From: Nitrospinaceae bacterium
GTDB taxonomy: Bacteria > Nitrospinota > Nitrospinia > Nitrospinales > Nitrospinaceae
Direction: 5' to 3'
Length of the DNA: 64,000 bases
NCBI GenBank assembly: GCA_965237905.1
Contig: OZ250172.1
Span: 2,368,001-2,432,000 of the forward strand
Both the position numbers and the translations under genes were made by a program. Below, in pieces: positions 20,070 to 29,492 of this stretch (its first letter is position 1; each line of letters starts with the position of its first letter). Below the pieces are notes generated by a model that was not told the DNA's origin, made no database searches, and saw nothing but the letters and a program-made list of their open reading frames with translations.

Positions 20070-23000
20070 TGAAGAACTGGGCACCAAGGACGTATTGGTC
20101 ACGCGGGGCGGCAATGTTTACCGCATTACTTTTACGGATGAAATGGGCAACCAGGATGTCGCACTGCTCGACATCGACGATTTTGCGGATCCCAACGACC
20201 TGGCTCATCTTGGCCTCACCATGGAGAGCGGGGCCGTAGGCGATGTGTTGAATATCAACAACAGCGCAGACGACACGGACACGGTTGCGATCCTGACCGA
20301 TACCTCGTTGACCGGGCTTGGCATGGGCGATATCGGTATTGAGGAAACCACCTTCAACGAGATTCAGACGCTTCGCCTCGATGCCACCGGCGGCACTTTC
20401 CGCTTGAGCTACACCAATGAGGATCTCGATACGTTCGAGACTGCCAATCTGAACTTCGATATTTCTGCGGCGGCTTTGCAGGCGGAACTGGAAACGGTGC
20501 TGGCGACTGCCTTGAGCCTCACACCCGAAGAGCCCATTGATAACATCCGTGTCGTCCAGAATGACGATGTCTACGTGTTCTACTTCCGTGGACTGTTGTC
20601 CAACGCGGATGTCGCTCCCATTGAGGTTGTTGAATTGGCCAATAACCTGACGCGTATCGAGGAGCTTCCGGGAGGAGACTTAACAACAGTAGTGCCTGGC
20701 GACCTTTTCACCACCACCCGCCTCGATGGTATTACAGCGGCCGCTCAAAACGAAATCCAGCAGTTACTCATAACGGCAACGGGCGGCACCTTTACGCTCG
20801 CCTTCCCGGATAATACGGATCCGGACGACATTACTGTGGAATTGCCTTTCGACGTAACTCGCGCGCAACTCCAGCTCGCACTCGAGGCGCTACCGGCCAT
20901 TGTTCCGGGTGATGTCATCATCAGCGAAATTACGGGTGGATTCAATATCGAGTTTGTCAGCGAGCTGTCCTCGCAAAACGTGCCGGAAATGATCGTCGAC
21001 AACCTTACCGATGGCACGGTGACGGTTAACGAGATACAAGCGGGGCTCGACACCGGGCTGAATAACGTCCAGGTAGTGACCGTCAACGCCTCGCAAGGTT
21101 TCTTCCAACTTCAGTTGTATGTCCCGTTGGTTCAGAAGACCCTGCTTACCGAACAGTTGGCTCATGATGCGAGTGCTGAGCAGGTGCGGAGAGCCCTGCA
21201 ACAGGAGTTGGCACGGGAACTCAACGGTATCGCGGAGGGTGCTGACCTGAGCCGCACCCGTGAAGCCTTCAAGTCTGATTTCTCCGTTGCACGGATCGAC
21301 AACGTCTACATCATCGGCTTCCAGGGCGTGACCCGTCAGATCGACGGTGGAGAGGGCGTCAGTCTCTTGAACGTGATCGGTGATGATGAGTTCAACGACA
21401 GCGGCTCTGCCGAGGTGCGCACGCGAATGGACGGCATCAACTACTACGGCATCGAGCAAATCAATCTCAATATGGGTAGTGGTACCGACATTCTGAACGT
21501 ACAGGGCACCAGCCCGGGCAGTTTCAAGCTGGATCGCGATAATACCGTACACGCCGCAACCAATATCACCCTCGCCGTCGGTAACGACCAGATCTTTATC
21601 TCCTCGAATGCCGATCTCGATCACGCCAACATAAACGATGGCGACGTGTTTGAATTCCTGACCGGGCATCTGGACGATGTGTTGGGCAACTTGAATCTCG
21701 ATGTCGGTACCGGGACTCACCGTTTGCTGATCAGTGATGAAGCGGCCACCGTGGGTGACGCCAACATCACGATTTCAGACATCATCACGACGCCAACGGG
21801 TGGGGATACATTTGATGATACTTCGGCCGCCGAGATCCAGGTCAAGGGACTTGCCTATGGCGATATCACCTACGGAGCGGACGCCAGTGCCAATTTTTAC
21901 GATGGCATCATTTACTGGACGGGTTCCGGAGACGATACCATTTTCATCGACGGTACTCATGTGCGGGATGAAGCGGTAGAACGCACCACCACACTGCTCA
22001 ATACCGGACTGGGTGATGACCATGTCACGGTCGACCTCGATGTCCTCGATGAATTCGATGAGCCCGAAGACGGCTTCTTTGTACTGCATACCATGGGCGC
22101 CAAGGTAGCACACACGCCTGTGGATCCAACTCTCAGTGACGGGATTGACGATCCCAGCGACGATGACACAGTCCGGGCATCTGAATCCACGTTGCCGCTG
22201 ATCATTTTCGGCGGCCTCGGCAATGATGACATCATCGCCGGTCAGAACGAGGACATCGTTTTTGGTGACTTTGGCCGCGTGCAGTACCTCAATAGCATCG
22301 GCGAACTGATCGCGGTATTCGGCTTCGGCGCCCGCGATGACGTGATTAGCAGTCAGGTGATCGATCCGACCTGGGTCATTTCTCGCGACTTGAACCTCGG
22401 TGGTGTGGATATTATCGAAGGCGGCGAGGACGACGACATCCTCATCGGCGGCGCCGGGGGGAACAGCATCGGCGACTATATCGACGGCGATGAAGGCGAT
22501 GACCTGATCTTTGGTGATGCCGTTCGACTGGAACGCAGGGACACGGATGTCACGGTGGTTGGCGGAGAACCCGGCAGTATCACTAATCCACGCTTCCAGA
22601 CACTGGAAGGGCAGGTGATTTACACCCGTAACGATATTCCCGCATTCCTGCAGGGACTCACCCCGGCAGAGTTTGGTGAACTGAACGGCAGTAACGTCGG
22701 CGAGGTGTTGGTCGATGGCGTATCACGTGATATTCGCCACCAGGACGGCACACTGGTAGCCGCTTGGAACGAATACGAGATCGTTGAACTGTACCACAGC
22801 TTTGACATCGAGGCGGGGATGGTACCCGGGCTTGAGGACAGCTTCGGCGACGATTACATCGCGGGTGGCGCAGACCACGACGTGATCTTCGGTCAGCTCG
22901 GCGACGATGTGATTCAGGGTGACGGTAGTATTGAGAGCGCGGTAGGTGCGGAGACCCTCGCAGATAACCGGGTTGCCGCGGCACAGGCCGGACTCAATCC

Positions 23001-26000
23001 AGTAGGCGCACGGCGTGTTGATGCCGGCACGAGCATTCTGCCGCCGGAGCTTGTCGGTTTGGTTAACCAAATCCTCGATATAACCGCCTCCTTCGAGACG
23101 GCAGAAGACGGCGACGACTACATCGAAGGTAACGGCGGAAACGATACGGTCTTCGGTAACCTTGGGCAGGACGACATCATCGGCGGCAGTTCCAGTCTGT
23201 TCACTTTGAATGACAGTTCACTCAGGCCCGATGGCGACGGAGCGGATTTCCTCTTCGGCGGGTCGGGCGAGCGCATCGATCGTAATCACGATATCACCGA
23301 TACGAACAAAGACACAATCGTTCTGGATGATGTGCATGCTCGTGATTCGGATGTCATCGCCGGCGACAACGCCAATATTTACAGGATTGTGGGCACTGGC
23401 GACATCACACCGCCCGGTGAAGCTACAATTCCAGGCACGGGAGATACCGGCGGGTTCCTCGATTTTAATTATGATGCGGTGCGCGAAGCGCAACGGATCA
23501 TCGTTCGCGCGGTGGAACTGCTCGACTACACCCTCGGCGGACCGGATTTCGATATGGCGAGTGCGGCCACAGATATTGGCGCGGGCGATGAGATCCATGG
23601 TGGATCCGGCGACGACTTCATCTACGGCATGGTCGGCTCGGATGTCCTGTTCGGTGACAGCGAAGATGACGACATCATTGGTGGCTGGGGCTTAGAATGG
23701 ATTTCCGGCGGCACGGGTGACGATGGCGTGTTGGGCGATGGCGGCCGGATTTATACGAGCAGAAACAGTACTATTTTCGGGGAGTCGCTTTTCGGGATTG
23801 CTGCCTTGAGTGCCGTGGATGTTGAGATCGACACGCCGGGCAATATTCAGGAGGCGATCATCAATGTGAATGGCCAACTTAAAAAGACGGTCGACCTCAC
23901 GCCATTTAACGTTGACCCGAGTAGTTTGCAGGATGCCTTGTTCAATCCGATGTATGCCGACGATATCATTTATGGCGGTCTGGGTGGTGACTTCCTGCAC
24001 GGTGGTGCGGGAGACGACGCGATTTCCGGTGCCGAGGCGCTTCCCATTTCTGCGGCAGTAGTGTACCCGGACAACGACATGACCGATAATGCACGCACCG
24101 ACGGCGTGGTGATCACCCTCGGTTATGACACTCCATTCAATTCCGGAAATATTCTGGGCGCCGATGCGCTCAGGGCGGAAGAGTTTGCCGCTTACGATGA
24201 ATTCAATCCACGGACTAAGATTCTGGTAAATGTGGATGGCGATCTTCTGGATTACTTCCTCAACTTTGATGAAACCGAGGGTCCGGTAGCTCCAGGCAGC
24301 CCGAGCAAGTTTACGGATGGCGATGACCGGATCTTTGGCGATCTCGGCAACGACTGGCTGGTGGGCGGTACGGGTCGAGACACATCGTACGGTGGGCGTG
24401 GCAACGATCTGATGAACGCCGATGACGACCACAATACCGCCAGTGGGTTGAATGATGTTCCCGATGGCCCTGAGTACAGTTACGAAGATCGGGCTTTTGG
24501 TGGCGCTGGCCGGGATGTGCTCATCGCCAATACCGGTGGCGATCGCCTGATCGACTGGGTTGGGGAATTCAACAGTTTCCTCGTACCCTTTGCACCTTTT
24601 GGCCCGCCGACCGTTAGTAGAGCTCCGCAGCCACAAATGGCGGAATTTCTGTATGATCTTTCCGAGAGCGACGGCGCGGATCCAACACGCGCGGCGGATA
24701 CCGGTAATGCGGTTAATCGCAACGGCGAGCCGGACGGGGAACTGGGTGTGGTCCTGCAAAAAGATGATGACTGGGGTGATCAGACCGGTGGGCCGGCTGA
24801 TCCGCAAGCAGGCAATATTCCGGGCGGCAAGCGGGATATTCGGGGAGGTGCCGATTTTAATTCGGGTACTGCGAGCAGCTTTTTCGCTGATAGTGGCACT
24901 TGGACGGTGAGTGGCGGGCGTTTTGAAGTAGCGCCTGAAATCCTGGGAGCGGATGCGGTCAGCGTTTATATGGTCAACGAGTATCTGCCCAACTATTTTG
25001 AGCTCAAGGCCACCATCAATGCCGGCAAACCCACAGCCGGATTGAAATCGAATGCGTATCTGATTTTTGATTACCAGAGCGAGACCGATTTCAAATACGC
25101 CGGGGTCAATATTTCCAACGACAAAATGGAAATGGGATACCGTGATGCCACCGGTTGGCACGAGTTGGTGCAAACCTCTGCGAAGCTCAGACCGAACACG
25201 GATTATGAACTGCTTCTGGCTCTGAATGGTACCGCTGTCACACTGGTGGTGGATAACCAGGATGTCTTCAATTACGTTTATGCACCTCGCGTCGATGCGG
25301 ACGGGTTCAGCTATGGATTGAACGCCGGCATGGTGGGTATCGGTGCTCTCAATTCAGTGGCGCGTATTGATAATGTCAAGGTGCAGGTCCTGCCGCCGGA
25401 GATCACGTTTGAGGACACTGATGATTTTACCACTGCGGCGACGCTGCTCACCGGGGCGACTACGGGTGATTGGCAGGTCGTTAATAATCGTTATCAGGTG
25501 GATGCGACATCTATCGAGTTAGCCCAAAGCCTGGCCGGGTTGACGGTGGACGGGTCGAGTTTGATCCGGCTGGAAGGTGTGTTGAACACCGATGGTATTG
25601 CGGGATATGTGTTCGACCGTTACAGCGCCACCGATTTTAAATTTGCTGCGATTTCGGCAACGGATGATCAGGCTATCATCGGTCACTATGCGAGACAGGG
25701 ATGGGTCATCGATACGGCCGCCAACTGGGTGATCAACGACAATCAGGATTACGACGTTGATGTGACCGTCAAAGGTTCCACGGTGAGTGTCCTGGTGAAC
25801 GGCCAAACCGTGGTCAGTCATGCCTTCAACGCAGTTGCAGTGGACGGCGAGTTTGGCCTTTTGGCCAAAGACGGAATAGCAAGTTTCGATACGGTGACTT
25901 TCGGTACCGACGATCCGGCATTTGGCGGAGTAGGAGAAGCAGCTCTACTGGCGGCGCAGTCGGCGGGTGAGTCGGTGGCGACGTCGACCTTGACGCACGG

Positions 26001-26763
26001 TCAGCTGGAGAAGATATTCGACGCGGCGGTTACCCGGTGGACCGGAGTTGGGTATATCGATCAGGCCCGGTTGGCGACTTTGGATGATCTGGAATTCTAC
26101 ATTGCCGATATGGTCGGATTGGCCCTGGGCCGATCTTCCGGCAACCGGATCTTTATCGATCCCAACGCGGCGGGTCACGGCTGGTTTGTCGATGAGACAC
26201 CGGATGCCAATGAGGAGTTCCTATTAAGCAGTAACGGTTGGGTGGCGAAGCCCAATAGCGCGGCTTATGGCAAGATGGACCTGCTGACAGCGGTCAGCCA
26301 TGAGATAGGCCATTATCTGGGACTGGATCACGACGATGCCACTTCTGATACCTCGGTGATGAGCGATACCCTGCAGTCGGGTTCCCGGTATGTGGGAGAA
26401 GAGTCCAGCTACCGGCATATGGGAGAAGATACCCTTCTGAGCAGTGCATTCTTTGCGGCAGGTTCAGCCTTCCTGGAAGAGACGTTGGGCTTGACGGGCG
26501 AGTCGGAGGACGAGGAGGATGGCTCAGAGGAGACTCTGGCGCTGGTCTTTGACGAGGAATCCGGTGAGTTCAGCGAATCCGAAGCCACCAGTGATGATGA
26601 TGAATGGTACATCGATAATGGCGATGTGGAGCCGGATGAGGATGTATACGCCCTATTGGATCTGGAGGATGAGGATTTCACCCAGCTGGCCGGCTTGAGC
26701 CTGAATGACACTAACGGCCAGAGTGATTCCAGAATCAATTGGAATGGTCAATTTACGGGATAA
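19981..26763 (+). CDS. Giant surface protein, C-terminal segment (+1 frame continuation; real coding from ~20044): RTX repeats, two ConA-like domains, zinc metalloprotease motif, acidic tail
   Basis: The first ~20 residues (MRPRRRVSK...) look non-coding. From LMAVDDPDDEELGTKDVLVTRGGNVYRITF the sequence completes the module begun in the upstream ORF. It contains many GGxGxD repeats and HEIGHYLGLDH at 26299-26331. Confidence 0.9.
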   Translation: MRPRRRVSKTPYSSSSIWLLGLMAVDDPDDEELGTKDVLVTRGGNVYRITFTDEMGNQDVALLDIDDFADPNDLAHLGLTMESGAVGDVLNINNSADDTDTVAILTDTSLTGLGMGDIGIEETTFNEIQTLRLDATGGTFRLSYTNEDLDTFETANLNFDISAAALQAELETVLATALSLTPEEPIDNIRVVQNDDVYVFYFRGLLSNADVAPIEVVELANNLTRIEELPGGDLTTVVPGDLFTTTRLDGITAAAQNEIQQLLITATGGTFTLAFPDNTDPDDITVELPFDVTRAQLQLALEALPAIVPGDVIISEITGGFNIEFVSELSSQNVPEMIVDNLTDGTVTVNEIQAGLDTGLNNVQVVTVNASQGFFQLQLYVPLVQKTLLTEQLAHDASAEQVRRALQQELARELNGIAEGADLSRTREAFKSDFSVARIDNVYIIGFQGVTRQIDGGEGVSLLNVIGDDEFNDSGSAEVRTRMDGINYYGIEQINLNMGSGTDILNVQGTSPGSFKLDRDNTVHAATNITLAVGNDQIFISSNADLDHANINDGDVFEFLTGHLDDVLGNLNLDVGTGTHRLLISDEAATVGDANITISDIITTPTGGDTFDDTSAAEIQVKGLAYGDITYGADASANFYDGIIYWTGSGDDTIFIDGTHVRDEAVERTTTLLNTGLGDDHVTVDLDVLDEFDEPEDGFFVLHTMGAKVAHTPVDPTLSDGIDDPSDDDTVRASESTLPLIIFGGLGNDDIIAGQNEDIVFGDFGRVQYLNSIGELIAVFGFGARDDVISSQVIDPTWVISRDLNLGGVDIIEGGEDDDILIGGAGGNSIGDYIDGDEGDDLIFGDAVRLERRDTDVTVVGGEPGSITNPRFQTLEGQVIYTRNDIPAFLQGLTPAEFGELNGSNVGEVLVDGVSRDIRHQDGTLVAAWNEYEIVELYHSFDIEAGMVPGLEDSFGDDYIAGGADHDVIFGQLGDDVIQGDGSIESAVGAETLADNRVAAAQAGLNPVGARRVDAGTSILPPELVGLVNQILDITASFETAEDGDDYIEGNGGNDTVFGNLGQDDIIGGSSSLFTLNDSSLRPDGDGADFLFGGSGERIDRNHDITDTNKDTIVLDDVHARDSDVIAGDNANIYRIVGTGDITPPGEATIPGTGDTGGFLDFNYDAVREAQRIIVRAVELLDYTLGGPDFDMASAATDIGAGDEIHGGSGDDFIYGMVGSDVLFGDSEDDDIIGGWGLEWISGGTGDDGVLGDGGRIYTSRNSTIFGESLFGIAALSAVDVEIDTPGNIQEAIINVNGQLKKTVDLTPFNVDPSSLQDALFNPMYADDIIYGGLGGDFLHGGAGDDAISGAEALPISAAVVYPDNDMTDNARTDGVVITLGYDTPFNSGNILGADALRAEEFAAYDEFNPRTKILVNVDGDLLDYFLNFDETEGPVAPGSPSKFTDGDDRIFGDLGNDWLVGGTGRDTSYGGRGNDLMNADDDHNTASGLNDVPDGPEYSYEDRAFGGAGRDVLIANTGGDRLIDWVGEFNSFLVPFAPFGPPTVSRAPQPQMAEFLYDLSESDGADPTRAADTGNAVNRNGEPDGELGVVLQKDDDWGDQTGGPADPQAGNIPGGKRDIRGGADFNSGTASSFFADSGTWTVSGGRFEVAPEILGADAVSVYMVNEYLPNYFELKATINAGKPTAGLKSNAYLIFDYQSETDFKYAGVNISNDKMEMGYRDATGWHELVQTSAKLRPNTDYELLLALNGTAVTLVVDNQDVFNYVYAPRVDADGFSYGLNAGMVGIGALNSVARIDNVKVQVLPPEITFEDTDDFTTAATLLTGATTGDWQVVNNRYQVDATSIELAQSLAGLTVDGSSLIRLEGVLNTDGIAGYVFDRYSATDFKFAAISATDDQAIIGHYARQGWVIDTAANWVINDNQDYDVDVTVKGSTVSVLVNGQTVVSHAFNAVAVDGEFGLLAKDGIASFDTVTFGTDDPAFGGVGEAALLAAQSAGESVATSTLTHGQLEKIFDAAVTRWTGVGYIDQARLATLDDLEFYIADMVGLALGRSSGNRIFIDPNAAGHGWFVDETPDANEEFLLSSNGWVAKPNSAAYGKMDLLTAVSHEIGHYLGLDHDDATSDTSVMSDTLQSGSRYVGEESSYRHMGEDTLLSSAFFAAGSAFLEETLGLTGESEDEEDGSEETLALVFDEESGEFSESEATSDDDEWYIDNGDVEPDEDVYALLDLEDEDFTQLAGLSLNDTNGQSDSRINWNGQFTG

Positions 26764-26903
26764 AGTAAAACACAGAAGAATCTCGCGGGCCTCTATCAGA
26801 TTTTATAGAGACCTTTAAATCTAATCATAATAAGTATTTTTTTAAATAAATTTACGTTAACTATACATTTCTTTTTGTAAAAAATTCGCGGAACCCAATT
26901 TCC

Positions 26904-26933
26904 TTGACATGTTGTTAAGGAATTTGCTAATTT
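26904..26933 (+). promoter_or_regulatory. Putative sigma70 promoter for the DUF3467/export operon
   Basis: Perfect TTGACA at 26904-26909 followed by TGcTAATTT (extended -10-like) at 26925-26933, in an AT-rich intergenic region. Confidence 0.45.
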
Positions 26934-27117
26934 GTGTATCAATTCAATCCGTTATAAATAGAAAGCTTATCTTTAAGTTTTGGTTACCCCTTTTGGGGCG
27001 TGACGTGTGTTTGGGAGAGTTCCTTGTAGAGTTTAACGAGGTTCACCTTTAGCTTTTTTGAGCAGCTGAAGTTCCTATTATTTTTTAAGTATTATTAAAT
27101 TTTTTGGGAGAAAACTT

Positions 27118-27477
27118 ATGGCAGAGCAAAAAGCTCAGGCAGTAGCCGAGCAAAAAGAAAAGAGTGAATCGGGGAAAGCAAATACCACGTCGAACGAATT
27201 TTTAAATTCGCTGACACTTAAGTGGGATGATTCGAAGATGCAGACCACTTACGCTAACGTGGTGAATGCGTCGAGCACCCGGGAAGAGGTTTCAATTTTC
27301 TTCGGAACCAACCAATCCTGGAACATCTCTGAAGATCGCGAATTGGCCATTCAGTTGAGCGACCGTATGGTGCTCAACCCTTATGCCGCGAAACGTCTGC
27401 TGGTGTTGTTATCCCGGATTGTCAAAGAATATGAAAACCGTTTTGGGACTTTAAAATTGGACGGGGACACCAAGTAA
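27118..27477 (+). CDS. DUF3467-family small protein
   Basis: Motifs WDDSKMQTTYANVVNASSTREEVSIFFG and RMVLNPYAAKRL...YENRFG match my recollection of DUF3467. GGGAG ribosome-binding site upstream. Confidence 0.8.
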   Translation: MAEQKAQAVAEQKEKSESGKANTTSNEFLNSLTLKWDDSKMQTTYANVVNASSTREEVSIFFGTNQSWNISEDRELAIQLSDRMVLNPYAAKRLLVLLSRIVKEYENRFGTLKLDGDTK

Positions 27478-27529
27478 ATTGAACCGTCGAAACCATCTTT
27501 TAAAAAAAAGGTGGGACATCGATTTCGTC

Positions 27530-27558
27530 ATCCCCGCCCTTGGGCGGGGATTTTTTTT
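27530..27558 (+). terminator. Rho-independent terminator after the DUF3467 gene
   Basis: ATCCCCGCCC-TT-GGGCGGGGAT inverted repeat followed by a T-run. Confidence 0.85.
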
Positions 27559-27596
27559 ATAAAGAGGATATTTGATCAGTCCATAAGGTTTACGTT

Positions 27597-29477
27597 ATGA
27601 AGTCAAAATTTACATCGGGAGAAAAACCCGAAAAGAGCAACGGCCTAAATGATTCCCAGTTATGGAAGGAATTTTCCAACGCCAAAACTTCCAGCGAGTT
27701 TGCCCATCATTGGTTGAGTCTGCAATGCCGTTACCTTCCCGGAGTGCTTCGTGGAGTCGTTGTGCTGGGAGATCCCAAGACTGATTCTTATGCGCCTGCC
27801 GCTTTTTGGCCACAGAACTCCAATGGAAATCTAAATTTAACCCGTGTTGCTGATTTTGCGATTGAGCAAAAAAAAGGTGTGCTGCATGAAGGGGGTTCCA
27901 AGAATGGGAAAAATAATCGAAAAGGGGAAAAGAATTCATTTATGGCCTATCCCTTTTTAATCGACGAAAGCTTGTACGGAGTGGTTGCGGTAGAGGCCCA
28001 TACCTCCGATGAGAAGGAAACTCAACAAGCCATGCGGCAGTTGCAGTGGGGGACTTCCTGGATGGAAGTGATGATTCGCAGGCAGTTTAACCAAAACACG
28101 TTGCCTGACCGAAAACGCCTGAGCACGGTTCTCGAATTAATCGCCAGCGGCTTGGAAAATGAACAATTTAAAAAAGCTGCCAACGCAGTGGTCACTGATA
28201 TGGCTGTTCAACTGGATTGCGAGCGCGTCAGCCTGGGGTTTGTCAAAGGGAAATTCGTAAAGGTTGCCGCGTTATCCCACAGCGCCAAATTCAGCAAAAA
28301 GTCGAACTTGATTCGGGATATAGGCCATGTCATGGATGAGGCGATCGATCAAAAGTCCATGATTATTTTTCCTCCCATGGATGAGCAGACTCCATTAATC
28401 CATCGGTTGCATGCCGACTTAAACGACAAAAATGGGGGCGGAGGGGTTTGTACGGTACCGTTGAGTTCGGGAGATAAAGTGTTTGGCGCGTTGACTTTTG
28501 AAAAAACCAAAAAAAAGCAATTTAGCGAACAGGATGTGCATCTCTGTGAAACCGCCGCCCACATGGTGGGTCCCATTTTACATATTAAGCGCAAAGAGGA
28601 TCGATGGATATTGACCAAGGTGTTAATCTCCCTAAAGAATTTTTTAGGAAAACTGGTGGGACCCCGGCATTTGGGTTGTAAGATGGGATTCATCATTTTG
28701 ACGGCCCTGGTAGTTTTCTTTTATTATGCGATGTGGGATTTTCGAATTGCGGCAGACACCAAAATTGAAGGGGCCGTCCAGCGAGTCGTGGTGGCCCCGG
28801 TGGAAGGATATATCCAGAATACGTTTGTGAGACCGGGGGACGTTGTAAAAAAAGGTGACTTGATTTGTGAACTTGAGGATAAAGACCTGATTGTGGAAAG
28901 AGTTAAATGGGAAAGCCAGATCAATCAGTATCAAGGACAGTACCGGGATGCGTTGGCTAAATACAACCGAAGTGAAATAAAAATTTTGAAGGCTCAATTG
29001 AAACAGGCGGAAGCCAAACTGGAATTAATCCAGAAGCAATTGAACCGAACCCACATTTACTCCCCCTTCGACGGGATTATCGTTTCGGGAGATTTGAGCC
29101 AATCCCTGGGTGCGCCGGTGGAACGGGGCGAAGTGTTATATCAATTGGCCCCGCTGGATGAGTACCGGGTAGTTCTGGAAGTGGATGAAAAGGATATTGC
29201 GGAAATCCAAACCATGATGCGCGGAGAGTTGGTATTGACGGGGGCGGTCAAGGAAAACCTCCCCTTTATAGTGAAAAAAATCACCCCGGTCTCGGAAAAC
29301 CGGGAGGGAAGCAATTTCTTCAGAGTGGAAGCCCAGTTACTGGAACATCGAGATTATCTGCGGCCAGGCATGGAGGGAGTAGGTAAAATCAATGTCGGTG
29401 AGCGTAAATTAATCTGGATTTTAACCCGTGAAATGATTAACTGGTTCCGATTAAAAATCTGGACTTGGTGGCCTTAA
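27597..29477 (+). CDS. GAF-domain + HlyD/efflux membrane-fusion (periplasmic adaptor) protein
   Basis: N-terminal GAF-like regions (CTVPLSSGDKVFGALTFE), one TM segment, lipoyl-like halves (VAPVEGYI...VRPGDVVKKGDLI and IYSPFDGIIVSGDL) flanking a coiled hairpin, and C-terminal LRPGMEGVGKI. Confidence 0.88.
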   Translation: MKSKFTSGEKPEKSNGLNDSQLWKEFSNAKTSSEFAHHWLSLQCRYLPGVLRGVVVLGDPKTDSYAPAAFWPQNSNGNLNLTRVADFAIEQKKGVLHEGGSKNGKNNRKGEKNSFMAYPFLIDESLYGVVAVEAHTSDEKETQQAMRQLQWGTSWMEVMIRRQFNQNTLPDRKRLSTVLELIASGLENEQFKKAANAVVTDMAVQLDCERVSLGFVKGKFVKVAALSHSAKFSKKSNLIRDIGHVMDEAIDQKSMIIFPPMDEQTPLIHRLHADLNDKNGGGGVCTVPLSSGDKVFGALTFEKTKKKQFSEQDVHLCETAAHMVGPILHIKRKEDRWILTKVLISLKNFLGKLVGPRHLGCKMGFIILTALVVFFYYAMWDFRIAADTKIEGAVQRVVVAPVEGYIQNTFVRPGDVVKKGDLICELEDKDLIVERVKWESQINQYQGQYRDALAKYNRSEIKILKAQLKQAEAKLELIQKQLNRTHIYSPFDGIIVSGDLSQSLGAPVERGEVLYQLAPLDEYRVVLEVDEKDIAEIQTMMRGELVLTGAVKENLPFIVKKITPVSENREGSNFFRVEAQLLEHRDYLRPGMEGVGKINVGERKLIWILTREMINWFRLKIWTWWP

Positions 29478-29492
29478 TCGAAAGGGTGATTT

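Noticed and set aside
14..26738. Many long minus-strand and alternate-frame ORFs (up to ~490 aa) overlapping the giant gene
   Set aside because: They are shadow ORFs expected from the biased codon usage of a long GC-rich gene, and none has a recognisable motif.
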